Shown: one piece after another, positions 22,232 through 33,566 of the stretch
How the letters are laid out: the number at the start of each line of letters is the position of its first letter
Numbering within the stretch: position 1 is the stretch's first letter
Sequence record: NZ_CP014093.1
DNA: 64,000 nucleotides
Source: a plasmid
Direction: 5' to 3' (one strand)
Notes under the pieces: model-generated
Databases searched by the model: none
Told to the model about the DNA's origin: nothing
What the model saw: only the letters and a program-made list of their open reading frames with translations
Position numbers and translations under genes: made by a program

Positions 22232-23171
22232 CTGGATGCCTTAACACATGGCGCTCAACCGCTTTCCAGTCGATGGATTGCCATTGGGCGCTGCCAGAAG
22301 GGGCACTCACTTCATGAGAAGAGATCATCTGCGTTCCTTCTTAAATAAAGTTTTCCAAATCATCTTGCAATGGGAGACCAGTTGGAAGTGGGCACACTTT
22401 CGTGTCAGACATCCGTCTGTATCTGCAGCATTCGCTTTTTCCAACCTCCGTTACCAGCACCGCTATCGGCTCTCTTCACAGACAGCTTTCCCGAAGGAAC
22501 GATACTGGCTTACCGTGTTCCGCATGTCGCGCAATATCAGGGTAGATGTCCACTATAATGCGGGGAGCCTGTCGATCACGAAAGAGCACTGTCCAACCTC
22601 TTTCCTACTCCCTTAGCCGTTTGGCTACAGCGTATTAACCACTTCCGCTGCTTCACGCATAACGCACCTTACATGGATTCACTTTCATTCATCATACTGA
22701 TTCTCTAGCACTCACCCAATTCGTGGTTATCAGGAGGAGCATCCCCTCACGGTTTTGCTCCCGTTTGGCACAATTCCAAACTTCGTTACATTGTCAGGCT
22801 CGCTGCTTTATTCAGAGCCTTAGGGTCGTCTGGTGATACAAACGGTTCACTCTTATCGCGGTGAACAGAGCTTCATGCGACTTCACGTCGCACGGACAGA
22901 AACGTGTCATGCGTTTCGCTAAATTAGCAGCACATAAATTACTTGAAGTATTGCGTATCTTGCAAACCTGTTAGCCCAATTACCTCATGCTCGACACTAA
23001 CTCAATCATGAAACCACGCTAGATGCTTGGTCACGCGACCGTTTAATCAAAACAACATCTCTAGATGTTCGATTATTGATAGCTGATAATCTATTAAAAA
23101 CCTCTAGATGCGGATGGGTATGACTCAATAAACGAGGTGCGATCATCATACACAACTAACTCCGTCCCCCT

Positions 23172-23207
23172 AAATAGGTGTCCGCTGTTGGCAACACCTA
23201 TTTTTTT
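23172..23207 (+). terminator. hairpin terminator-like element in the non-coding cassette-sized gap
   Basis: aataggtgtccgctgttggcaacacctatt followed by ttttttt. Confidence 0.4.
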
Positions 23208-23471
23208 CAACGTCAGAGCACCCGCCGAAAATAACTAAAGTTGTACGCGAAGATTTATATTAAAAATAGTGTACCTAAGCCTAAAATTCGACGAAACCAA
23301 CCACATCCGTTACTGTAGTCAATATGACAGAAACTGATAATGCAGGGTCGATTTTTAGCGTATCTCAAATAACAGGGATAAAGATACCAGCGAGTGAAGC
23401 ACTTATTATGTTTGTCACAATGGCCATCCTATGACGCTCCCCAACGTCATACTGTCAAACCAAAGACCCGT

Positions 23472-23537
23472 GATAACGCCAGTGACAATAGCCCAGAGTA
23501 CATCATTCAGCACTCCCTTTAAACTCGTTTGTATATT
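23472..23537 (-). repeat. short attC-type site (~66 bp) at the 3' end of the GNAT cassette
   Basis: taacgccagtgacaatagcc ... cactccctttaaactcgtttgtat, overlapping the last codons of ORF 23519..24001. Confidence 0.45.
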
Positions 23538-24001
23538 GCTCTAACCATGAACTCTTTGTCTTCAAAGCTCTGCTCAACTACAAAGCCCAAACTTAAATAT
23601 AATTTTTTCGCTCTCGGGTTATTTCTTTCAACTTCAAGTCGTAAGCACTTGTTTTCACTTTTTGAATGATTAATAAGATGCCGAAGTATCAAACTTCCCA
23701 ATCCTATGCCTTGATACTCTGGCAGTAATTGTATACCACCTAGGAACAACTCGTTTTCTTCTTCGACCAAACGGAGTCGGCCGACGCTCTCACCAAGGTA
23801 TTCTATTATGTAAGTTTTGCTGTTAGGAATAAGTCCATTTATTTCATTTAACACTCTGTTTCTTAACCTATTCATTGCTTCAAGGCTATCATCACCTTTA
23901 CTTGAGGCAGACAAGGCATTGACTAGCGCTTGCACATCTTTTCGCTCTGCAATTCTTAAAGAAAACTCTTTCATTTTCGCATTCCTATCAGCAAGTAACA
24001 T
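23519..24001 (-). CDS. GNAT-family N-acetyltransferase (cassette gene)
   Basis: acetyl-CoA binding block RLVEEE...QGIGLGSLILRHLI...AKKLYLSLGF. Confidence 0.8.
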   Translation of the reverse strand: MLLADRNAKMKEFSLRIAERKDVQALVNALSASSKGDDSLEAMNRLRNRVLNEINGLIPNSKTYIIEYLGESVGRLRLVEEENELFLGGIQLLPEYQGIGLGSLILRHLINHSKSENKCLRLEVERNNPRAKKLYLSLGFVVEQSFEDKEFMVRAIYKRV

Positions 24002-24403
24002 TATCTCAGGGAGAATACCGACATTTGTAGGAAGTTCAACCAGCTAATCACAGATGAAGACAGTAGAGGAGTGATATAACGCTTATTAGCCGCCTAACTG
24101 TGGTTTCACCTCCTTAAAATGCAGTTTTTCTCATTTGGTTTAATTAATAGTCAATAGGTTAAGTCAGGTGAACGAACATTAGTTTGCAAGATAGGCTTAA
24201 TCAGGGGATGTTAATTTATCAGCTCGTTCGGATAATTTTTGGTAGGGGAAACGCACGTTAACAAGCATGTTATGAGCTTTTACTCTAAGAAGCTTTGGGG
24301 CAAAGGTGTGTTTGCGAAGCTCTGCACCCGTACGTCTTTGGACTGAACCTTGTCAGGTATATTACTAAAGTAGGATATAGCTGATTGGCTGAAACATGGA
24401 AAA

Positions 24404-24527
24404 GTAACGCCACATTAAGGTGTGAGCAACGCAATACCGATGCCGCCGCATACCACCTTAAAAACTAAAACCAACGCATAGTGAAAATGCCACGCGTTGC
24501 AAATCACTCTTGAACAGTTTATTAGTT
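24404..24527 (-). repeat. attC (VCR-like, ~124 bp)
   Basis: taacgccacattaaggtgtgagcaacgc...aaaatgccacgcgttgcaaatcactcttgaacagtttattag; abuts the stop of ORF 24522..24929. Confidence 0.8.
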
Positions 24528-24929
24528 GCAATTTTTACCCACTTCAGCTGAACAAGTGATATCGATCGTAGGGCTCAACATAAGACAAACATGACAATGC
24601 TTTTCCACCGCTTCTTGAGCTGCTCGCAAAATGTCAGACTCCTTAAAACCACTGCCATTTACTGTAAAGTGTAAGTTTGCCGATTTATATAAACGAGGTT
24701 CTGATTCCGTTAGGGCGAAAGTAACCGTATTTTCTAGGCCTTTAACTTCAAAACCTTGATCTTGCAGTAACAAGACGACATCCGTAGCACTGCATGAACC
24801 TAAAGCCGACAATAGAACTTCCGTTGGGCAAGGGGCTTTCTCAGTTGTAGCGTCAACATTAAACGTAAATCCGTCTTCAGTTGACACTTTAAAACGACAA
24901 TCACCATCCCACTTTACATTAATACTCAT
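24522..24929 (-). CDS. OsmC/Ohr-family protein (cassette gene)
   Basis: 135 aa; paired Cys (LGSCSATD ... HCHVC) and the overall OsmC-like pattern. Confidence 0.65.
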   Translation of the reverse strand: MSINVKWDGDCRFKVSTEDGFTFNVDATTEKAPCPTEVLLSALGSCSATDVVLLLQDQGFEVKGLENTVTFALTESEPRLYKSANLHFTVNGSGFKESDILRAAQEAVEKHCHVCLMLSPTIDITCSAEVGKNCN

Positions 24930-24967
24930 ACTTCCCTACTTTTTGATGTCACTATTGTTGATTGCAC

Positions 24968-25089
24968 TTAACGCCCAATTAAGGTGTAAAGTACGCGACC
25001 ACGGTACTTCATTTTACCACCGTAAACACTTAGCTAAACCCAAACCAAAAATGCCAAGCGTGCTGAATCACTCTTAAATTGTTTGTTAG
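24968..25089 (-). repeat. attC (VCR-like)
   Basis: ttaacgcccaattaaggtgtaaagtacgcgacc...aaaatgccaagcgtgctgaatcactcttaaattgtttgttag. Confidence 0.8.
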
Positions 25090-25180
25090 TTTGCGTGCCA
25101 AAGTGACACAGAGATTGCTTATTGCACGCTTTAAGACCATAATACACATGTGACATTTTGACACAATAGGAGATAACATT

Positions 25181-25452
25181 ATGGCTACTACTTTGCCTCG
25201 CATCACCGCTAGAGTTGATGTCGATACACAAGACTTACTGACTAAGGCTGCCGCGATAGCCGCATGTCTAGCATCAACTCGTTTGTTCTAAGCGCTGCAA
25301 TCGAAAAAGCTAAACAAGTCATCGAACGTGAGCAGGCTTTTAAACTGAGCCAAGCAGATGCGATGTTGCTCATGGAAGCTTTAGACCGTCCTGAAACACA
25401 GAACTCAAAACTAAAAGCTGCTGCTGATCGATACGAGAGCAAGATTCAATGA
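25181..25452 (+). CDS. DUF1778 (TacA-like) antitoxin, apparently frameshifted after ~27 codons (ATG 25181 with RBS AGGAG; remainder is ORF 25264..25452)
   Basis: MATTLPRITARVDVDTQDLLTKAAAIA in one frame, then (G)MSSINSFVLSAAIEKAKQVIE in the next; together they match the ribbon-helix-helix DUF1778 antitoxin pattern. Confidence 0.55.
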
Positions 25453-25946
25453 TGAATACGGTACTTCTAGATAAAGCTAAACACGATAGAAACCGATTCA
25501 ACTGTGGCATCGAAGCTCTCAATAATTACTTAAAAGTAATGGCGAGTCAGCAAGCAAAGAAGGACAACACCAGAACGTTTGTTTTGGAAGATGATAACGA
25601 CAACTCACATGTCATAGGCTTTTACACGCTTACAATGACGCCAATTGAATTAAAGGCATTGCCCGATAAGTTACAAAAAAAGCACCAATCATCCACCTCT
25701 GGTGGTCTGATTGCCCGTCTTGCTGTCGATGACCGATACAAAGGGAAAGGCTTTGGGGAGTGGCTGCTTATCGACGCACTCAGAAAGCTATTAGCCGCTA
25801 GTGATAGCGTTGCATTTCCAGTTGTTATCGTTGATGCCAAAGATGGAGCAAAACATTTCTATGAACGCTATGGTTTTCAAGCATTTCAAGATGCTGAAAA
25901 CAAACTCTTCATCACCATTGCAGATGTGAGAGCAAGCTTAGGCTAG
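25449..25946 (+). CDS. GNAT-fold toxin of a DUF1778/GNAT TA pair (TacT/AtaT-like tRNA acetyltransferase family)
   Basis: 165 aa; RLAVDDRYKGKGFGEWLLIDALRK...HFYERYGF; ATGA overlap with the antitoxin. Confidence 0.7.
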   Translation: MMNTVLLDKAKHDRNRFNCGIEALNNYLKVMASQQAKKDNTRTFVLEDDNDNSHVIGFYTLTMTPIELKALPDKLQKKHQSSTSGGLIARLAVDDRYKGKGFGEWLLIDALRKLLAASDSVAFPVVIVDAKDGAKHFYERYGFQAFQDAENKLFITIADVRASLG

Positions 25947-25968
25947 TTAACCGCTAGCCTTTAGCAAA

Positions 25969-26092
25969 CTAACGCCGCATTAAGTGGTGAACAACGCCAC
26001 CACCAGACCTAAAGCATTGTGCCATAAATACTAAACTCACTTGAAGTGAAGGCGCCGAGCGTTGTGAATCACTCTTAAGTTTATTGTTATAT
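25969..26092 (-). repeat. attC (VCR-like)
   Basis: taacgccgcattaagtggtgaacaacgcc...ggcgccgagcgttgtgaatcactcttaagtttattgttat. Confidence 0.75.
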
Positions 26093-26098
26093 GCAATT

Positions 26099-26604
26099 TC
26101 ACACGCCTAGCTTTTCAGTTAGTTCGGCGAAAGCTATTTCAATACTTTTACCTGTCGTGTCTATTTTGATTACATCGGCTTTCCAAGCTTCATAATGACG
26201 GTTCTGCACTTGTTTCCAGTCAGGTAATTTTAGGTTTGTTACTTCACTTCTACGAGTGATGACTCTTTGTTCGTGTTCACTGCTATCTGAGCAACTAATT
26301 TCAATATTGATGAATTTAGCCCCACACTTTCTGCGACTTCCTGCCATTCGCGTCGCGTAAGCTCGATAGGATTACAAGAGTCTGAGATACAGCTAATCCC
26401 AAGCTCTAAATTGTCTCTGATTATACGATAGCTTAAACGATACCCTTCACCTTCAACTTTGAAGTTACAAAGATCTCGAAGCCCTTGCTCTACTGTATCA
26501 ATGCGAACATACGTAGCACCCACTTTAGCCGCCAACAGCTTAGCAAGAGTCGATTTACCTGAAGCTGGGAGACCCGAAAATATGTATAAAATAGGATAAT
26601 TCAA
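26099..26604 (-). CDS. P-loop NTPase/kinase-like cassette protein (AAA_33-like), apparent frameshift in the 26239-26347 overlap; probable TTG start preceded by GGAGG
   Basis: Walker A GLPASGKST; ORFs 26239..26655 and 26099..26347 overlap in different frames; the Met of ORF 26239..26655 lies inside the attC and is spurious. Confidence 0.5.
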
Positions 26605-26624
26605 TTGACCTCCGTTCCTTGCAT

Positions 26625-26745
26625 ATAACGCTCTGTTAAGGTGTGAGCAACGCAATACCGATGCCGCCGCATACCACCCTAAACACTAAAACCAACGCAT
26701 AGTAAAAATGCCACGCGTTACGAATCACTCTTAAACGCTTTGTAT
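26625..26745 (-). repeat. attC truncated at its inverse-core end by the IS110-family insertion
   Basis: ataacgctctgttaaggtgtgagcaacgc...aaaaatgccacgcgttacgaatcactcttaaacgctttgt, then IS sequence instead of the usual gtttgttat. Confidence 0.75.
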
Positions 26746-27645
26746 GGATAATAAGTACTCCAATCGGGTAAGGTGAGACCCAGACTTTAGCTGCAACTAA
26801 AGTTCTTCTATCTGGTAGTTCGATTAAATGTTGGCTCCTCTATCGAGAGACCGGTAACAAGTACGAACGCCAGATAGAACTCCAAGCACCACACTCGAAT
26901 AGTCTTCTGGGTCTCGAGCCCGCATTTGCAAGCAAGAGTTAGCTTATTATGAATACAAACACACTTCAAAACATTAATGTCGGCGTTGATACTGGTAAGT
27001 CACAACTAGACATCTACATCCGCCCACTCGATATTCACTTCACTGTCCCGAACACAGAAAAAGGCATCAGCGATGCCATAAAAACCATTAAGAAACACAA
27101 ACCTCAACGTGTCGTCATCGAAGCTACAGGTCGATTAGAAATGCCTTTTATACTCGCCTGTGACAAAGCCAAATTACCTTATGTTATTGCCAACCCACTA
27201 CGTATTAAAAGGTTTGCTGGTGCCATTGGTCAACGAGCTAAGAACGACCGTTTAGATGCCGCTCTCATCGCACATTATGCCGAACGTGTTCAGCCAGAAC
27301 TGACCAAACTAAAAAGCGAAAACATACGTCTTATGAGTGACTTAGTCACAAGGCGTAACCAACTACTCACCATGCAAACCATGGAAAGAAACCGACTACA
27401 AATATTACCTAAGAATATCTCGTCTACGATTACCCTATCCTTACCGCCTTGAAAAATCAGATGGAAAAAGTAGAAGCAAAGATAGCGAAGCTGATTGAGA
27501 GCTGTCCTGAGTATCAAGCCAAAAATACTATTCTCCAAAGCATGCCTGGTGTTGGCAAAGTCCTTGCTGCCTCCCTAATTAGTAATGTACCCGAGCTGGG
27601 CTTTATCACTAACAAACAAGCTTCTTCTCTCATTGGTGTCGCACC
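26746..27645 (+). mobile_element. left part of an IS110-family (IS1111-attC-like) element inserted in an attC; interrupted at 27646 by an IS30-family element
   Basis: ~200-bp leader then an IS110-type DEDD transposase N-terminus; the element's other end lies inverted at 30403-30679. Confidence 0.65.
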
Positions 27646-27691
27646 CTTAGTATCAAGTTTGAAGTGCGACACTTTTTACAGATGCGCATGA
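26949..27691 (+). pseudogene. IS110-family transposase, N-terminal two thirds (one internal frameshift near 27445; truncated by IS30 at ~27646)
   Basis: VGVDTGKSQLDIYI...VVIEATGRLE...VIANPLRIKRFAG...AKNDRLDAALIA (DEDD domain), then SMPGVGKVLAASLISNVPELG (HhH region) in the next frame. Confidence 0.75.
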
Positions 27692-28745
27692 ATATACTCC
27701 GTTGGTGTCCTATACCCAAGTCTTTTGCGTGGGCGCGTATTTAATTTGTGTGCAATTTCATTGCAGAGCTTCTGTGTCACGTGTGACATAGAAGTTCGTT
27801 TTGGTAAGTATTGTCGTATCAAGCCATTGGTGTTTTCATTAGTCCCTCGCTCCCATGAGTGGTATGGATTTGCAAAGTAAAACAGACAGTTATGGTGTTT
27901 CTCTAGTTGTGCGTAACCATGAAATTCAGTGCTATTATCCGCAGTTATCGTCTTAAAAGGTAAGTCAGAGCGGGTCATGATTTTGCTCATTCTTACGTTG
28001 AGCGACTCGCTTGTTCTATCGTCCATTTGCCCAATAAAAGTGTAGCCAGTCATTCTGTCGACTAAAGTCACGATACAGTGCTTGGTTCCGCGGCCAACGA
28101 CGGTATCAATTTCCCAGTGACCAGGCTCTTTTCGATGCTCAGCTTTTGCAGGTCTTTCGGTAATATGGCGCTTTGTTGCTAGCCGCCCTCGGCTGTCTTT
28201 TGAGTTATACCTTTTACGTCTTTTCTTGGTGGATTGTCGTAGGTGTTTCCATAGTGTTCCACCGAGAGTTTTGTCGTTCCAAACATGCTGATAAATGAGC
28301 TCGTGACTCATTGTTGGGTAGCCTCTTACGTTTAGGTATCCGACGATTTGGTCAGGGCTCCAATCCAGTCTTAACAAGGCTTCAGGTAACCTAAAGTCGA
28401 TTTCGCTATAGCGCTTATTTCTGCGCGATCGGCTCAATCGGTTGCGAGCCATTTGTTGGGCTCTCCATGCCTGATAGGAGTACCTTTTAAAGTGTCTGTT
28501 ATATCGGGAGTTGCGTTCAATTTCTCGATAGATAGTGGCTTTGTGACGACCCAGTTGTTTAGCTATTTTAGCGGTACTAATTCCTTGCTTTCTGAGTGCA
28601 GAAATCATATACCTTTCGTTCTCAGTGAGGTGTGTGTATTTCATGTTTTTTACTTCTTGGCGGGAGCAAACTTCATGATTATCGCATCTCACTGTTTTTA
28701 TGTTCAGAGGTGTCGCACTTCGTACTTGAATCCAAGACACATAAC
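27646..28745 (-). mobile_element. IS30-family insertion sequence, copy 1 (~1.1 kb) with terminal inverted repeats
   Basis: identical to copy 2 at 30680-31776 in inverse orientation; ends ...caagtacgaagtgcgacac / gtgtcgcacttcaaacttga. Confidence 0.85.
27676..28644 (-). CDS. IS30-family DDE transposase (start taken at [12 protein letters not shown]; an upstream in-frame Met also exists)
   Basis: N-terminal HTH ([37 protein letters not shown]), DDE core (HWEIDTVVG...TADNSTEF...WERGTNENTNGLIRQYLPK). Confidence 0.85.
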   Translation of the reverse strand: MKYTHLTENERYMISALRKQGISTAKIAKQLGRHKATIYREIERNSRYNRHFKRYSYQAWRAQQMARNRLSRSRRNKRYSEIDFRLPEALLRLDWSPDQIVGYLNVRGYPTMSHELIYQHVWNDKTLGGTLWKHLRQSTKKRRKRYNSKDSRGRLATKRHITERPAKAEHRKEPGHWEIDTVVGRGTKHCIVTLVDRMTGYTFIGQMDDRTSESLNVRMSKIMTRSDLPFKTITADNSTEFHGYAQLEKHHNCLFYFANPYHSWERGTNENTNGLIRQYLPKRTSMSHVTQKLCNEIAHKLNTRPRKRLGYRTPTEYIHAHL

Positions 28746-28864
28746 AAACTGTTTAACAGTGATTCGCAACGCGTGGCATTTTTACTGTGCGTTGCTTTTA
28801 GTGTTTAAGGTGGTATGCGGAAGCATCGGTATTGCGTTGCTCACACCTTAACAGGGCGTTGTAC
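28741..28864 (+). repeat. attC in inverted orientation relative to the rest of the array (part of the IS30-bounded inverted segment)
   Basis: plus strand reads ataacaaactgtttaacagtgattcgcaacgcgtggcatttt...ctcacaccttaacagggcgttg, i.e. the reverse complement of the usual plus-strand form. Confidence 0.75.
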
Positions 28865-28885
28865 ACAATTATTGGAGTATGGAAT

Positions 28886-29530
28886 ATGTATGAAGAATTA
28901 GTCCAAGCATTTGAAACTAAGGGTGAACGTTCCGCTATGGCGGGTATTAAGGATTTCCCTGAAACTTTATTTTGGACAACGGTTTCTTCTGGTGGGCATA
29001 GCAAATTTGTACTCTATGAATTTCCGCTTGGTTCACAATACCGAGCTGATTTTGTCGTTGTCTGGTCGTGTTCTGGTAAATGGGAAATTACCTTCATTGA
29101 GTGCGAAAATACAGATGACAAACTAATCAATAAAAATGGGACGCCAACTCAACGATTAAACCAAGCGATATCCCAACTAGGTGATTGGCGTCATTATATT
29201 GCAAACAATAAGCTTCAAGTTCAGCAAGACCTCGCTAAATGGTGTGCCACTAAAGATATACTGGGCTTCACTTCTGGAAAGTTTGTAGTAAATGATAGTG
29301 GTCAGTATCTTTCTGATATGGACACTGTTGTTGATTTTAAATTCAAAGTTATTATGGGGCGCAGGAATACTTATTCTCCGGAGGCTCGTAGGAAAATTGC
29401 TCAACTTGAGAGTACAAGCGGGTTTAGCTTCTCAACTTATGATCGGCTATTGTCATCTGCGCTGGAGCACGATAAACATGAAAATGATCGTATGGCTAGG
29501 GTCAACTTAGGTGCACCAAATTGTGTATAA
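28886..29530 (+). CDS. hypothetical cassette protein (214 aa); weak PD-(D/E)xK-like D...E.E pattern
   Basis: start MYEELVQ with RBS ggag; upstream Met of ORF 28832 lies inside the attC; ADFVVVWSCSGKWEITFIECENTDDK region. Confidence 0.45.
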   Translation: MYEELVQAFETKGERSAMAGIKDFPETLFWTTVSSGGHSKFVLYEFPLGSQYRADFVVVWSCSGKWEITFIECENTDDKLINKNGTPTQRLNQAISQLGDWRHYIANNKLQVQQDLAKWCATKDILGFTSGKFVVNDSGQYLSDMDTVVDFKFKVIMGRRNTYSPEARRKIAQLESTSGFSFSTYDRLLSSALEHDKHENDRMARVNLGAPNCV

Positions 29531-29652
29531 CAAAGCGTTTAAGACAGATTCCCAACGCTTGGCATTTTCAGTTTGAGTCCGCTTTAGTGTTTAAGGTGGC
29601 AAGGTTTTAGGTTAGGTGGCAGACGTTGCTCACTACTTAACGCGGCGTTAGG
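29526..29652 (+). repeat. attC in inverted orientation (within the inverted segment)
   Basis: ataacaaagcgtttaagacagattcccaacgcttggcattttc...ctcactacttaacgcggcgttagg. Confidence 0.75.
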
Positions 29653-29673
29653 TTTTTCAATGGAGATCGAGAC

Positions 29674-30402
29674 ATGATAAAGAAAGCTTTCTTGGATAAG
29701 CAGGCTGTTAAAGCTCAAAATGAGCAAAGAACTCCTGATTTTCTACGTAGGTTATGTTTTACCGTAGTTGAGAGCGCGTTGATACAGCATTATTCTGACT
29801 CATATCCTATGCGATGCCTGCAAGCTTCAATTGCAATATCTTCAATTTTGAAAAGGGTGGGTATCAAGTCGAAAACCTGTGTAGGAGAAGTATGTGTGTC
29901 GCAAGTATTTTGCGACAGCAAGCTTGCCCCAAACTGGAACGGCTTTTGGGGAGACGACCACCATGTTTGGTTAATGACTGAGTTTGGCGAACTTGTTGAC
30001 CTCACTATTAAGTATTTACACCTTCACCCTGTGACCAAAGGTAATAGCCAACTCGAAATGCCGGCCATTTGGTGGAGTGATGCCTCTAGATGGCCTCATG
30101 TAATAAAGTACCTTCCTCAAGGACCAATTTCGGTAAAATTACCTAATGAAGAAATGATTGATCTAGACGCTTTTCAGGCAAAGGTAGACCAAGAATTAAG
30201 CCAGTTCTTGAAATCTAATTCGGTACAGCAAGTGGTGTTCCCCCCAGTATTGCATGGACCTGAATCAATGAATGACCTTTATTCCCAAGGAAACCAATGG
30301 CTAGTTAAGAGCGCAGAGCTTCAAGATGGCAAACTTCCTTATCCTCAAAGGGTTGTAGAACGTGAACGAGAACTTTTAGCATCGTGTAAAAAAGAAACCT
30401 AA
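29674..30402 (+). CDS. hypothetical cassette protein (242 aa)
   Basis: ORF only; its 3' end abuts the IS110-family right end. Confidence 0.45.
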   Translation: MIKKAFLDKQAVKAQNEQRTPDFLRRLCFTVVESALIQHYSDSYPMRCLQASIAISSILKRVGIKSKTCVGEVCVSQVFCDSKLAPNWNGFWGDDHHVWLMTEFGELVDLTIKYLHLHPVTKGNSQLEMPAIWWSDASRWPHVIKYLPQGPISVKLPNEEMIDLDAFQAKVDQELSQFLKSNSVQQVVFPPVLHGPESMNDLYSQGNQWLVKSAELQDGKLPYPQRVVERERELLASCKKET

Positions 30403-31776
<1,374 letters not shown>

Positions 31777-31820
31777 GCGTATTTATCATCCAAAGTTCAT
31801 AGATTTGGAAAGGTTTTCAT

Positions 31821-32333
31821 ATGTTTACACCAGATGAACTATCAGCTTACGCAACGAGTATAGCCGCCTTAGCCGCATTGCTATCTGCATTTGCGGCATT
31901 TAAAGCAAACAGTACCGCAAAAAGTGCAATCAAACTACAGCAACAACTAGAAAACAGTAAACTCAGTTTTATCAAACACCGAGAGAGCCTAAAATTACTT
32001 CAATCCATAATTTCATCTTTCGCTGAAATAGAAGCTCTCGCAAAATCAGAACGTTGTGACAAGAACAGACAAAGAATCGATGACGTCATTTCTCGGTTCC
32101 AAAGTAATATTGAAATACTAAAGGCGATCAACTCTGAAATTGGAGCCCTGATCTACAGCTGGGAAATTGAGCGTGAAGTGGGAAGCGACTCCATACCAAG
32201 AGTGGTTTACTACATAATAGGAAACCAACGTGCGATCATTGGCGATAACTACGATGAATTTTTCAAAGCAAAGAAACTTGAGCTAAGTAATATCCAAGAA
32301 CAACTGTTTAAATCCATCGCCAAGTTTGACTAA
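31821..32333 (+). CDS. hypothetical cassette protein (170 aa, N-terminal hydrophobic segment), encoded antisense to the array
   Basis: ORF only; stop 1-5 bp before the next attC. Confidence 0.4.
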   Translation: MFTPDELSAYATSIAALAALLSAFAAFKANSTAKSAIKLQQQLENSKLSFIKHRESLKLLQSIISSFAEIEALAKSERCDKNRQRIDDVISRFQSNIEILKAINSEIGALIYSWEIEREVGSDSIPRVVYYIIGNQRAIIGDNYDEFFKAKKLELSNIQEQLFKSIAKFD

Positions 32334-32338
32334 TACGT

Positions 32339-32461
32339 TTAACGCCCAGTTAAGGGGTGAAGCACGCCATGACCAAGCGACTGCATGGCACTTCAACACC
32401 GAAACCACCGCATACCAAAAATGCCACGCGTGCTGAATCCCTCTTAAACTGTTTGTTATGT
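32339..32461 (-). repeat. attC (VCR-like, 123 bp)
   Basis: ttaacgcccagttaaggggtgaagcacgcc...caaaaatgccacgcgtgctgaatccctcttaaactgtttgttatg; the minus strand starts ATAACAAACAGTTTAAGAGGG and ends CCCCTTAACTGGGCGTTAAAC, with 2 extra bases in the 5' arm. Confidence 0.85.
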
Positions 32462-32465
32462 GAAT

Positions 32466-32753
32466 TTATTTCGTCTGATAGAAAGACCTTGAGCCTACCT
32501 TTTTAAAACTCACACGATTTTGATCTTGTAGATGTCGAGCTAATGTTGCAAAAAACCAACCTGTACGATTATCAGTTTTATTCCCCTGAGGATATGCGTT
32601 TTTTACAAGATCGAGTTGTTCCTTTATGAATGCAGCTGGAACCCACTTTTCTGGAAATGCATCTTCAGACTTAAGGATAAAATCAAATAGCTCATCCGCC
32701 ATTTGATGGAACAAGACGTCGATTCTTTCTTTATGACTCATTAAAATCTCCAT
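32466..32753 (-). CDS. hypothetical cassette protein (95 aa)
   Basis: ORF bounded by attCs on both sides. Confidence 0.45.
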   Translation of the reverse strand: MEILMSHKERIDVLFHQMADELFDFILKSEDAFPEKWVPAAFIKEQLDLVKNAYPQGNKTDNRTGWFFATLARHLQDQNRVSFKKVGSRSFYQTK

Positions 32754-32757
32754 TCAC

Positions 32758-32874
32758 ATAACGCCCGCTTAAGTGGTGAGCAATGCGATGCTTCAGCACA
32801 CCACCTAAATCACAAAAATCAACGCATGGTGAAAATGCCACGCGTTGCGAATCCGTCTTGAAGCGTTTGTTAGG
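32758..32874 (-). repeat. attC (VCR-like)
   Basis: ataacgcccgcttaagtggtgagcaatgcg...gaaaatgccacgcgttgcgaatccgtcttgaagcgtttgttagg. Confidence 0.85.
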
Positions 32875-32898
32875 TGAAGCCTTGCCTCGAAATTCATA

Positions 32899-33528
32899 CT
32901 ACGCAAAAATCTCACGACGTTCTTCTGCAGTTAGCAACTTGACTTGATCATATTTGAAATTTTTCTTTAAAATCAATTCACTTTCTCGAGATTGACCATA
33001 ACACAACACTTCTGAATCATTAATTTTGATAGCAAATATAGGGCGTTCATCCACTTCGATAGATGACGCTTGAGCATAATTTCTTAGACCAGCATAATCT
33101 GTAGCCCATGAGTTTCCGATGCTTTCAACACTTTCACCCACTCGACCGATTCGATATAGATCCAACTTTTTACCATTTGGGCTATATGTCTGCTCAAACT
33201 TAGAAAGATCAAAATGAAAGCAATCATAATTGCCAGAGATTACATCTGATGTATATAACTTAAGCAGAATTTCTTTTTTATTAGGATCTTGCCAAATCAC
33301 CTGGACATCCTCTTTATGACAGGACAAGAAGTGAAGTAAAACTTCTAGGTTTTCGCCATGTTCATCAGAGTAAAATTCACCCTGGAAGTCTTCGATAGAT
33401 TTCAACGCTGTACTGAGATATTGCATTTCATCTGACGTCAAGTAACCAGTCAAATACTCAGTATCAATACCAATGACATTAAAAAGCTCTTTCAAAAATG
33501 GGGTCATATCATTCACTACATCGTTCAA
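32899..33528 (-). CDS. hypothetical cassette protein (209 aa)
   Basis: ORF bounded by attCs. Confidence 0.45.
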   Translation of the reverse strand: MNDVVNDMTPFLKELFNVIGIDTEYLTGYLTSDEMQYLSTALKSIEDFQGEFYSDEHGENLEVLLHFLSCHKEDVQVIWQDPNKKEILLKLYTSDVISGNYDCFHFDLSKFEQTYSPNGKKLDLYRIGRVGESVESIGNSWATDYAGLRNYAQASSIEVDERPIFAIKINDSEVLCYGQSRESELILKKNFKYDQVKLLTAEERREIFA

Positions 33529-33566
33529 TAATTACTAATTGATTATCTCGATTTTAATTGGCTCAC

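Larger units (their letters stand above)
20749..22893 (-). mobile_element. bacterial group II intron (~2.1 kb) encoding a reverse transcriptase/maturase
   Basis: minus strand begins GUGCGAC at 22893; domain V GAGCCGTATGCAGTGAAAGTTGCACGTACGGTTCT at 20785-20819; domain VI-like stem with bulged A just downstream; RT ORF with YADD motif in domain IV; 5' exon ends with a hairpin (GCGAAACG...CGTTTC), as class C introns prefer. Confidence 0.8.

Noticed and set aside
26239-26655. Met starts that translate as MRCSHLNRAL or similar at the beginning of several cassette ORFs (26239..26655, 28832..29530, 33696..34265, 34960..35871).
   Set aside because: These N-terminal extensions are translations of the conserved attC sequence itself. 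True starts lie just outside each attC, next to recognisable RBSs.
28453-28851. ORF 28453..28851 (+) and the N-terminal 98 residues of ORF 30425..30970 (-), which are identical to each other.
   Set aside because: Both are antisense reading frames running through the two identical IS30 copies into flanking DNA and are spurious. Only the C-terminal part of 30425..30970 (the IS110-family transposase fragment) is meaningful.
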